NCBI GenBank assembly: GCA_040754495.1 | Contig: JBFMCO010000018.1 | Coordinates: forward strand, 1-19,893 | DNA length: 19,893 bases | Origin: Candidatus Micrarchaeota archaeon | GTDB lineage: Archaea > Micrarchaeota > Micrarchaeia > Anstonellales > Bilamarchaeaceae | Direction: 5' to 3' | In this document: one piece after another, positions 6,821 to 14,564 of the stretch | Layout of the letters: each line of letters begins with the position of its first letter | Numbering within the stretch: position 1 is the first letter of the stretch | Translations under genes and position numbers: made by a program | Notes under the pieces: generated by a model | What the model saw: only the letters and a program-made list of their open reading frames with translations | Told to the model about the DNA's origin: nothing | Databases searched by the model: none

Positions 6821-8245
6821 TTAGTGCCGCCTGTGATTGTGGGGTTCTGTCCTTCCGTGGTAGTCCCCAAGCTCCACGCTCTCCCCGAGCCCTGCGATGT
6901 GCGTCCTGAAGCCGTCCCTCCTCAGCCTCGATTCGAGCTGCATGGCCGACTCGCCCTCCCCGTGCACGATGAATACCTTCTTCGGCCTCCTCCGCATCCT
7001 TCTCAGCCACCGCGCGAGGCCTTCGGCGTCCGCATGGGACGAGAACGCGTCTATGTGGCTGATTTTCGCCTTCACCGCGACTTCGATGCCCATCATGTGC
7101 ACTCTCTTCGCCCCCTCGAGGATTATCCTCCCCAGCGTCCCCTCGGCCTGGTATCCCACGAAGAGCAGGGTGTTCCTGTGGTCCCATAAGTGGTGCTTCA
7201 GGTGGAACTTTATCCTCCCGGCAGTGCACATGCCGTTGCCGGCGATGACTATGCAGGGCTTCCGGTAGTCGTTCAGCGTCTGGGAGTCGTCGATGCTCTT
7301 GAGGAACTTCAGCTTCCTGAATGTGAATGGCGCCTTGAACTCCTTCCTCAGCCCCGGGGAGAAATAGTTCATGTGGGAATTGAACACCCGTGTCGCCTCT
7401 ATGGCGAGCGGGCTGTCCAGGAAGACGTATTCGTACGGCATCTGCCCGTCGCGCTCCATCCGGTGGAGGTAATAGATTATCTCCTGCGTCCTCTCTACCG
7501 CGAAGGACGGTATCATGAGCATCCCGCCGCGCCTGAACGTGTCCTGGACCTCTTTCGCGAGGCGCTCCTGCCGCGAAGCAACGTGGCCGTGCTGCCTGCT
7601 TCCGTACGTGGATTCTATGAGCACGTAGTCCGCGTCGTCTATTATCGCCGGGTCGTCCACGATCGGCGTTCCGCCCTGCCCCATGTCGCCGCTGAAGACG
7701 ATTTTCGAGGTCCTGCCATGCTCCCGCACCGTGACCTCGGCCATCGCTGAGCCGAGTATGTGCCCGGCGTTCCTGAACCTGAGCGTCACGCTGTCGCCGA
7801 GCCTCTGCGGCATCTCATACCCGAGGCGGTGGAAGAAATGGAGCGACCGCTTCACCTCCTGCACGGTGTAGAGCGGCTTCCTCGGCGGCAGGCCCTCCCT
7901 CAGGCGGCGCCGGTTCTCCTGCTCGGTCTCCTCCTTGTTGACGTTCGCGGAGTCCTCGAGCATGATGGTGGCGAGGTCGACCGTGGGCGGAGTCGCGAAT
8001 ATCGAGCCGCGGAAGCCCTCCTTGACCAGCTTCGGAATCAGCCCGCAGTGGTCTATGTGGGCGTGCGTCAGGATGAGGCAGGAAATCCTTTTCGGGTCGA
8101 ACGGGAACCTCTTGTAGTTCAGCTTCGTTATCTCTTTCGGGCCCTGGAACATCCCGCAGTCCACGAGGATCCTCATGCCCGCGGCTTCGAGCAGGTGGCA
8201 TGAGCCCGTGACCATCCCGGCAGCGCCGTTGAAAGTCAGTTTCAT
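6821..8245 (-). CDS. MBL-fold metallo-hydrolase of the beta-CASP family (RNA-processing type)
   Basis: GAAGMVTGSC, VDCGMFQG, THAHIDHCG, AGHILGS, SGDMG, ESTYG, PSFAVERTQE, DSPLA, GYQAEGTLGR, SSHAD, VHGE all intact. Confidence 0.95.
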   Translation of the reverse strand: MKLTFNGAAGMVTGSCHLLEAAGMRILVDCGMFQGPKEITKLNYKRFPFDPKRISCLILTHAHIDHCGLIPKLVKEGFRGSIFATPPTVDLATIMLEDSANVNKEETEQENRRRLREGLPPRKPLYTVQEVKRSLHFFHRLGYEMPQRLGDSVTLRFRNAGHILGSAMAEVTVREHGRTSKIVFSGDMGQGGTPIVDDPAIIDDADYVLIESTYGSRQHGHVASRQERLAKEVQDTFRRGGMLMIPSFAVERTQEIIYYLHRMERDGQMPYEYVFLDSPLAIEATRVFNSHMNYFSPGLRKEFKAPFTFRKLKFLKSIDDSQTLNDYRKPCIVIAGNGMCTAGRIKFHLKHHLWDHRNTLLFVGYQAEGTLGRIILEGAKRVHMMGIEVAVKAKISHIDAFSSHADAEGLARWLRRMRRRPKKVFIVHGEGESAMQLESRLRRDGFRTHIAGLGESVELGDYHGRTEPHNHRRH

Positions 8246-8982
8246 GATTCTGCTATCCGCCCACTGTTTATTATGCTACCGGCATGCCTCGAAAAAGCCC
8301 CTGCCTCGAGCCTCTCGGGCGGGGAGAGGTCCGTGCCTGGGTTCAGGCATCCTGGCACTGGAACCTGCGGGAATCTTCGCGAAAGGCCTTCCCACTCCGT
8401 GCCCTCCGGCAGGAGCCTCTCCATGTATCTCAGGATGCGGTATCCCTGGAAGATATAATACGCAGCCCGGGTGTCGGAGAGGTCGAGCCTGTTGCCTGAT
8501 ACCGCCCTCGTCACGGAGTCCCGGATGTCCCGGAGCGCACCATCATAGCCCTCCAGCCTCAGCAGCTCCAGGTCGAAAATCGGTATCCCGAAATGGTCCA
8601 CGCCGCTCTGGTTCAGGTGTATCATCAGCGTGTGCTTCATTATCCCGCGGAGCCTTCCGTCATATCCGCCCATATCGATGCGCGCGCCGAAGTGCGGGCA
8701 GAGCGTCTTGCACAGCCCGATTGGCCGCTCCCGCTCGTCATCTCCGTAAAATATCCGCATCAGCGCAAGCTCCCGTTCCCTCGAGAAAGTCCCGGCCTCT
8801 ATCCCCATCCACCTGTTGAAGAGCGAGACCACGCCCCGGTGCTCTTCCCTGGCCGCCGCATGGATGCGGAAATCAGTGTCGAAAACGACGTCGCAGAGGC
8901 GGGGCTTTTGCTCGATAAGGGGCTCTTTCGGCCGGAACGGCCACCCTCTTTTTTTAGCCGGGACTGGCTGGATGGCTTGCAT
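8242..8982 (-). CDS. Hypothetical protein; preferred start ATG 8982 (MQAIQ...)
   Basis: TTTTTATT at 9011-9004, 21 nt before ATG 8982; ATGA overlap with the beta-CASP start. Confidence 0.7.
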   Translation of the reverse strand: MQAIQPVPAKKRGWPFRPKEPLIEQKPRLCDVVFDTDFRIHAAAREEHRGVVSLFNRWMGIEAGTFSRERELALMRIFYGDDERERPIGLCKTLCPHFGARIDMGGYDGRLRGIMKHTLMIHLNQSGVDHFGIPIFDLELLRLEGYDGALRDIRDSVTRAVSGNRLDLSDTRAAYYIFQGYRILRYMERLLPEGTEWEGLSRRFPQVPVPGCLNPGTDLSPPERLEAGAFSRHAGSIINSGRIAES

Positions 8983-9048
8983 GATGGGTATGGGGCGGAA
9001 CAAAATAAAAAGTTATCCACTATCGACCATTTTCTGCTCCGCGTAGCC

Positions 9049-9834
9049 CTACTGCCGCCCTCTCAGGGCCGCGAATCCGAGCAGCGCCAGGATGAACGCG
9101 CCCGAGCAGACCTCGGTTATGGGCCTCTTCTTCGGAGGCTCCGGGGCAGGTTCTTCAGGTGGCTCCTCTCCGGACGGTTCTGCGGAAGGCTGCGAGGGCT
9201 GGTAAGGCTCGCCGCCTGTCCCGGATGGCGGGGATGTCTCGTTCGGCTGGCTCGGAGGCTGCGACGGGGGCGGGGTAGCCGGCGGCGTGCCGCTTCCGTT
9301 AGACGGCGGGGTCGCGTTCGCAGGGGGCTGCGCCGGAGGCGATGATGGCGGCGGGGCCGCGCTCGGGAAATAGTATTTGGAGAGTATGACCTCCGGGGCG
9401 CCGCTAGCCTCCACGGTCTGCTTGAGCATCAGGCCGCTCTTCTTGTCGTATATCCTCGTGGTCTTGGCCCCGCTCAGCGTGGCCTCCAGCGTTACGGTCT
9501 CCCACGTCTCCCCGGCAAAGCTCTGCGTGCTGCTCCCCTTCACCTTGAAGTCGCCGATGCTGCTCCCGGTCTTGGCGGTTGCGAGGAGGGAGCTGTCGAA
9601 CCAGAACTGCCCGGAATTCCCGCTCGCGTTCTCGGTCCCGGTGCTCGGCTTGGGCGCGGAGCTGACCGCTATTTGTATCCTTATGTCGGTGGAATTCCTC
9701 GAGAGGACCGTGAACGACACCGCGTCGCTTCCGGCGCTGTAGTTCAGGCTGGCCCCGGGAGCGACCCACGACGGGGCCGTTGCGAAGGACATGGACAGCA
9801 GCAGCAGGCAGAGGACCAAAGCGCGGGAAGACAT
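9049..9834 (-). CDS. Secreted/surface protein: signal peptide, beta-rich domain, Pro-rich linker, C-terminal Cys + TM + Arg anchor
   Basis: MSSRALVLCLLLLSMSFA signal; PPPSSPPAQPP linker; CSGAFILALLGFAALRGRQ tail. Confidence 0.85.
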   Translation of the reverse strand: MSSRALVLCLLLLSMSFATAPSWVAPGASLNYSAGSDAVSFTVLSRNSTDIRIQIAVSSAPKPSTGTENASGNSGQFWFDSSLLATAKTGSSIGDFKVKGSSTQSFAGETWETVTLEATLSGAKTTRIYDKKSGLMLKQTVEASGAPEVILSKYYFPSAAPPPSSPPAQPPANATPPSNGSGTPPATPPPSQPPSQPNETSPPSGTGGEPYQPSQPSAEPSGEEPPEEPAPEPPKKRPITEVCSGAFILALLGFAALRGRQ

Positions 9835-9856
9835 GAAGCAGATGGGATTGTATTTC

Positions 9857-9862
9857 TTTTAA
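9857..9862. promoter_or_regulatory. Single TTTTAA box centred between two divergent start codons
   Basis: 22 nt to ATG 9885 (+) and 22 nt to ATG 9834 (-). Confidence 0.55.
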
Positions 9863-9884
9863 TCCTTGCGAGAGCTATCATTCC

Positions 9885-10373
9885 ATGGAATTCTCGGTCA
9901 GGAAGGCCGCCCCGGAAGACATGGGAAGGCTCGCGGCCATGTGGCGCGGTCTGATGGGGCACCACCGGAAGCTCGCAAGGAACGTGCAGCAGAAGGAGCA
10001 GGTCGCGGAGGCAAAGGGCGCGGAGGGGAAATGGCGCAGGTGGGCCCGCAAATGGATGCGCTCGCGGGACGGCCTTGTCCTTGTCGCCGAATCGGGCGGA
10101 AAAATAATCGGCTACTCGCTCAACCATGTGAAGGCCAACGTCCCAGTCTACGGGATAAGGAAGCTCGGCCACATGAGCGACCTTTTCGTGGAGGAAGGCT
10201 ACCGCTCGAAGGGAGTCGGAAAGGCGTTCCGGGATGCGGCAGCCGCATGGTTCAGGAAAAAAGGCATGAGTTACGTTTCCATTGCCGCGCATGCGGCGAA
10301 CAGGAAGGCGCAGGCGCTCTATCGCGGGTGGGGCTTCTCGGACTACCACGTAGAGCTGAGGAAGAAGCTGTAA
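9885..10373 (+). CDS. GNAT family N-acetyltransferase
   Basis: VRKAAPED start; LVAESGGKIIGY; motif A LFVEEGYRSKGVGKAF; NRKAQALYRGWGF. Confidence 0.93.
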   Translation: MEFSVRKAAPEDMGRLAAMWRGLMGHHRKLARNVQQKEQVAEAKGAEGKWRRWARKWMRSRDGLVLVAESGGKIIGYSLNHVKANVPVYGIRKLGHMSDLFVEEGYRSKGVGKAFRDAAAAWFRKKGMSYVSIAAHAANRKAQALYRGWGFSDYHVELRKKL

Positions 10374-10469
10374 ATTTTCCCGTCCCGGCCCGCTCCCAGC
10401 TGATTTTATTGGAAAATTTTTCGCAATCATGTGCGCGGTTTTTTATATGCGCCAAGGCCGCGTATGCGC

Positions 10470-11006
10470 ATGCAAGCGCGAAAATTCCGCACGCCCGCCC
10501 GGAATCATGACGCCAGGGCGGAAATGAGGAAATACGAGGTGCTCGCAGATATCGCCGATTCCGGCCTCGCGCTCGCGGCCGCGCGCGCCCTCAACCAGAT
10601 GGTCGGCCAGGCGAAGTCGTTGTTCGAATCCGGCGCGCAGCCTGAAGAGGTGTTCAGGCAATTCGACGTGGAGAAGCTCAGGGCATACATGAGTCTCGAC
10701 AAGTCGCTCGCCGGGGAGCTTCTCAGCCTATACAAGGACAGGAAAGGGGACGAGAAATTCTCCGCATCCGTCCTTGTCGCGACCGCAATCTTCTTCATCA
10801 GCGTCGCCGAGCCGCCCTTTGCCCGGGATATCATTGCAGACCTGGCAAGGCGGGCGAGGAAGGACGAAGGCTTCCGGTATATCGCCAAGATAACGCTGAT
10901 AAGCGTCGCGGAGGTGGCAAGGGGCGTGTCCGAAGAGGCAGGATTCGCGGACGGGGGGCCTGATTCGATCGGGAAAAGCTGCATGGGCATCTTCACCAAA
11001 TTGTGA
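10470..11006 (+). CDS. Hypothetical all-helical protein; preferred start ATG 10470 (alternatives 10464, 10524)
   Basis: TTTTATAT at 10441-10448, 21 nt before ATG 10470; coding-like GC3 bias. Confidence 0.7.
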   Translation: MQARKFRTPARNHDARAEMRKYEVLADIADSGLALAAARALNQMVGQAKSLFESGAQPEEVFRQFDVEKLRAYMSLDKSLAGELLSLYKDRKGDEKFSASVLVATAIFFISVAEPPFARDIIADLARRARKDEGFRYIAKITLISVAEVARGVSEEAGFADGGPDSIGKSCMGIFTKL

Positions 11007-11103
11007 ATTTTCCAATGGAAGACGGGCAGCACCCGGAAAATCCTGCAATATTTTCAGCGAAAGCGCCGCAACCTCTTTATTGCCGGGCGGCGCGTCCGCT
11101 TCC

Positions 11104-11934
11104 ATGCTCCACAAAGCCCCGCGGGGTGGCGCCTCCCCGGGGACAAGCGCGGCAGTCCTGGATTTCGACGGCACGCTCACCGACATAAAGAGGGAGGCAG
11201 GCCCCTTCAGGGAGAGGTACAGGAAGGGGTTCGCGAAGATGATTGGGATGGGCGAAGGCCCCATCGAGCCGCTCTGGGCCGAGGCCGAAAAAAAGATACT
11301 GGGCGACCCGCGGGCTGGCTGGATAATCGGCGGGAAGATTGTCGCACCCGCCTTCCCAGACCCCTACGCATTCGCCACGGCGGCGGCAACGGATGTGCTG
11401 GATGCCCTCGGCATCCTCCTTGACGCGGGGGAGAGGCTGAAAAGGATGGACCTGCTTTTCCATTCGGCCTACGCGGGAGGCGATGTCGCATTCAGGGAAG
11501 GGGCGCGCGATTTCCTGCTCGAGCTGATGGCGCGCACGGAGGTCAGCATAGTGACCAGCTCCGGGACCGCGAGCGTGCTCCGGAAACTGGGGCATCTCGC
11601 CCTTCCATCCTCCCCGCCCGTTTTCGGCAACGCGCAGAAATACCTGGTGGACGGCGCGTGGGACGCTCTCCCGGAGTCATTCTCCCCGCAAGGATACGGA
11701 AGAAGCGTGTTGCTTCGCAGGAGGAAATACTGGGATATCCTGGAGTCCGTGCGCAAGGGGAACCCGCACGAAAAAATCCTCGTGGTGGGTGACATTTACG
11801 AGCTGGACCTCGCGCTCCCGCAGTTCATGGGGATGCGCGTGTGCCTGGCCTCGCGGGACGACACGCCCGCCCATCATATCGCCGCCGCGAACGATTCCGC
11901 CCGGACTTTCGAAGAGGCCCTCAGGCGCGTCTGA
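11104..11934 (+). CDS. HAD-superfamily hydrolase
   Basis: Motif I LDFDGTLTD, motif II IVTSS, motif IV VVGDIYELD; TTTATT at 11076-11081, 22 nt before ATG 11104. Confidence 0.85.
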   Translation: MLHKAPRGGASPGTSAAVLDFDGTLTDIKREAGPFRERYRKGFAKMIGMGEGPIEPLWAEAEKKILGDPRAGWIIGGKIVAPAFPDPYAFATAAATDVLDALGILLDAGERLKRMDLLFHSAYAGGDVAFREGARDFLLELMARTEVSIVTSSGTASVLRKLGHLALPSSPPVFGNAQKYLVDGAWDALPESFSPQGYGRSVLLRRRKYWDILESVRKGNPHEKILVVGDIYELDLALPQFMGMRVCLASRDDTPAHHIAAANDSARTFEEALRRV

Positions 11935-12008
11935 GAGACGAATGGGAAAAATTCCAGCGCATGGATGGCTTCCGTTGGAAATCCTGCAATTATTTCCGTT
12001 TTTTCGCG

Positions 12009-12053
12009 TATAAATTTATATAGGAAAAAACGGCGTACAGATACACGGAGGTG
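12009..12053 (+). promoter_or_regulatory. Promoter and ribosome site of the metallophosphoesterase gene
   Basis: Palindromic TATAAATTTATA at 12009-12020 containing TTTATATA (12015-12022); GGAGGTG at 12047-12053, 6 nt before TTG 12060. Confidence 0.7.
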
Positions 12054-12059
12054 GGCTCG

Positions 12060-14564
12060 TTGGCAGCCGCTAAGGTCCTCTTGCCAGAAAAGCCTGAAAA
12101 GGCTGAGAAGGCGGATAAGAAGCTATTTAGGCCAATGGACTCCCTGGACGAAGCCAGGCGCTCTTTTTCCGGTTTCACTCCCCTTGCGGAGCGGCTAAGG
12201 AGGGATGTGCGCATTCTCTCGATAGGCGAATTCTTCGGGGGGACGATGGCCTTCAACAGCAGGGCGTTCATAGGCGTGTGCTCCATGCTGCGGCAGTCGG
12301 CCGCGGATGGCAAGCCGCCGGACCTGATAGTGATAAACGGCGGTGCCATACCGGAGGTGCCGGCGCGCGGCTCGCGCGCGAACCGCAGGAAGATGGAGTT
12401 CCTCCTCCCCGGCATAGAGGACGCGGACGACGCCTGCGGGCTGATGCGCAGGCCCATGAAGCAGCTCATAGATGCAGCGCGCGGCACGCCGGTCGCATAC
12501 GTCCTTGGCGAGGACGACAAGGCCAACATAGAGATACTCATAGACAGGAAAATCGCCGAGAGCAGGAAAGCCGAGCACCTCCAGGCGCGGATTGAAGGCC
12601 TGAAGGAGGAGGCGAAGGACCTTGATGCCCGCATCGAGAGCATGGACGAGGAGAAGGACTCGCTCGTCCGCGAGCTGCGCAACGCGAAGAAGTCCCTGAA
12701 GAAGCGCGGGGACGGGCGCATCGAGTCGCACATCCGGAAGCAGGCGAAGGAGATACGGGGCATCGCTAAGAAAAGGGACGAGCTCCTGCAGAGGAGGAAG
12801 CGGCTGGAGTCGCGCATCTCCCTCTTCGAGGACGACCTGAACAACCTGGGCGCCGTGCGGCGCACGAACACAGAGTTCCTCACCCCGGCCGAGACGCGGG
12901 AGATGAAGGAGAGCGCGACTAAGGAATACCTTGACCTCCTGCAGCGCCTCTTCGAGGGCGCGGACGTCCGCATCCTGCACGAGAACGTGTCGGTCTTCGA
13001 GCTGGGGGGCCTGCGCGTCGCGGTCGGCCACAGCATGGAGAACACATCGAACACGGCAAAGAAAGGCGCCCTCCCGACAAGGGCGGACGCGCAGTCCAAG
13101 CTCAGGCTCTACGGACTGCTCCCGGCGGTGGACCTGCTCATGTACAGCCACCACCCCGGAACGAAGGGCTGGGCCCTGCCGCAGAGCTTCGCGAGCAGCC
13201 ACCCTCTCTACGTGTTCCAGCAGGGCGGCCTCGCGGACCCGGAAGGACTTTTCGACGCGCACAACCGCGGCATCAAGACGCCGCACACCGAGGCCCTCGA
13301 GAAGCACCCGGTGGATTCGGGGGTGACTATGATAACCGCGCAGGCGGACGGCTCGATGAAATTCGACATGATAGGCCTGAGCCAGCTCGACCAGCTCGCG
13401 AGGCCAGCCCTCGCGTACGAGCACAACGTCCTCCGGAGCCGCGTGGAAGACGGGCTGAAGGAGGCCGACGACAAGCCCGCACCCCAATCCCTGCTGGAGC
13501 TCCCCTCGCGCCTGCAGGACGGCCAGCTATCGGCCGTCATGACGCAGCGCGACTTGCAGAAGCTTTTCATGCCGCCGGCGAGGCGGAAGATACGCGAGCT
13601 GATAGCCGAGATATACAGCGACCACCATATCGGCATCGGGAACCCATGGGACGCGCGCTCCAACCAGGAAATCATGAAGGCAGAGATTGCAGACAGCGAG
13701 GAGCAGGGCCTCCCGGACATCATCATATTCGGCGGCGACATGGTCGAAGGCGCTCTCGGCTCCAAGCTCAACGAATGGAACGCGAGGAACTTCGTTGACG
13801 AGGAGGAGTTCGCGAGGCATCTTGCGGAAATGGCCACAAAGGGCCCAGGGCTGAAGCAGGCGGACATCGACCGGGCCATGCTGGAATACTTCCGGAGGAG
13901 GGCCTACGCGTACAACGTCCCGAACGTCGACCAGCAGGTGAACCTGCTCCTCCCTCTCCTCGAGCATGCGGCGAAGGTCGTCGCTAAAGGCGGCGAGGCG
14001 ATATTCATCTCCGGCAACCACTACAACCAGACGCACCGGGGCGAGGTCTTCGACGAGGCCATCCGCATGGCCGCGGCCGTGCGCATGATAGGCGGCTTCC
14101 CGGAGAACGACCCGCGCATACACATCTTCTACGGCGGCTGGATAGGCAGCGGGCAGGTTACCGTCAAGGGCATACCCATGTTCGGCATACACAAGGCAGG
14201 AAGGCCCTCGCGCGACCACGTGAGCGGCCAGATGGAGCAGCGGACCCTCCAGCGGAGGGAGGATGCGTTCCTGCACGTGCAGGGGCACCACCACGACATG
14301 ACCTTCGGCAAGACGCTCTCTGACGCCCATGTGAGCGCGCCATCCATCGCGCCGATCATCCCGTATGTGGACCAGGCGGCGCTGCACGGGGGCCTCCAGG
14401 GATACACGCGTCTTTCCCTCTATGTGGACCAGGACGGGAAGCACCTCGAGAGCATGGGCGTGCTGAACCGCTTCCTGCCGCAGCTGGAGAAGTATCTGCC
14501 GAAGATAGACCCGCTCTACCTTGACGTATTCAGGAAGATGGTGAAAAAGGGGGCCGGCAGCTAG
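12060..14564 (+). CDS. Tandem calcineurin-like metallophosphoesterase: degenerate N-domain with coiled-coil insertion plus intact C-domain
   Basis: C-domain SDHH, GGDMVEG, SGNH, GIH, QGHHH; N-domain equivalents SIGE, INGG, LGEDD, VGH, YSHH; heptad-rich region about 12561-12848. Confidence 0.85.
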   Translation: MAAAKVLLPEKPEKAEKADKKLFRPMDSLDEARRSFSGFTPLAERLRRDVRILSIGEFFGGTMAFNSRAFIGVCSMLRQSAADGKPPDLIVINGGAIPEVPARGSRANRRKMEFLLPGIEDADDACGLMRRPMKQLIDAARGTPVAYVLGEDDKANIEILIDRKIAESRKAEHLQARIEGLKEEAKDLDARIESMDEEKDSLVRELRNAKKSLKKRGDGRIESHIRKQAKEIRGIAKKRDELLQRRKRLESRISLFEDDLNNLGAVRRTNTEFLTPAETREMKESATKEYLDLLQRLFEGADVRILHENVSVFELGGLRVAVGHSMENTSNTAKKGALPTRADAQSKLRLYGLLPAVDLLMYSHHPGTKGWALPQSFASSHPLYVFQQGGLADPEGLFDAHNRGIKTPHTEALEKHPVDSGVTMITAQADGSMKFDMIGLSQLDQLARPALAYEHNVLRSRVEDGLKEADDKPAPQSLLELPSRLQDGQLSAVMTQRDLQKLFMPPARRKIRELIAEIYSDHHIGIGNPWDARSNQEIMKAEIADSEEQGLPDIIIFGGDMVEGALGSKLNEWNARNFVDEEEFARHLAEMATKGPGLKQADIDRAMLEYFRRRAYAYNVPNVDQQVNLLLPLLEHAAKVVAKGGEAIFISGNHYNQTHRGEVFDEAIRMAAAVRMIGGFPENDPRIHIFYGGWIGSGQVTVKGIPMFGIHKAGRPSRDHVSGQMEQRTLQRREDAFLHVQGHHHDMTFGKTLSDAHVSAPSIAPIIPYVDQAALHGGLQGYTRLSLYVDQDGKHLESMGVLNRFLPQLEKYLPKIDPLYLDVFRKMVKKGAGS

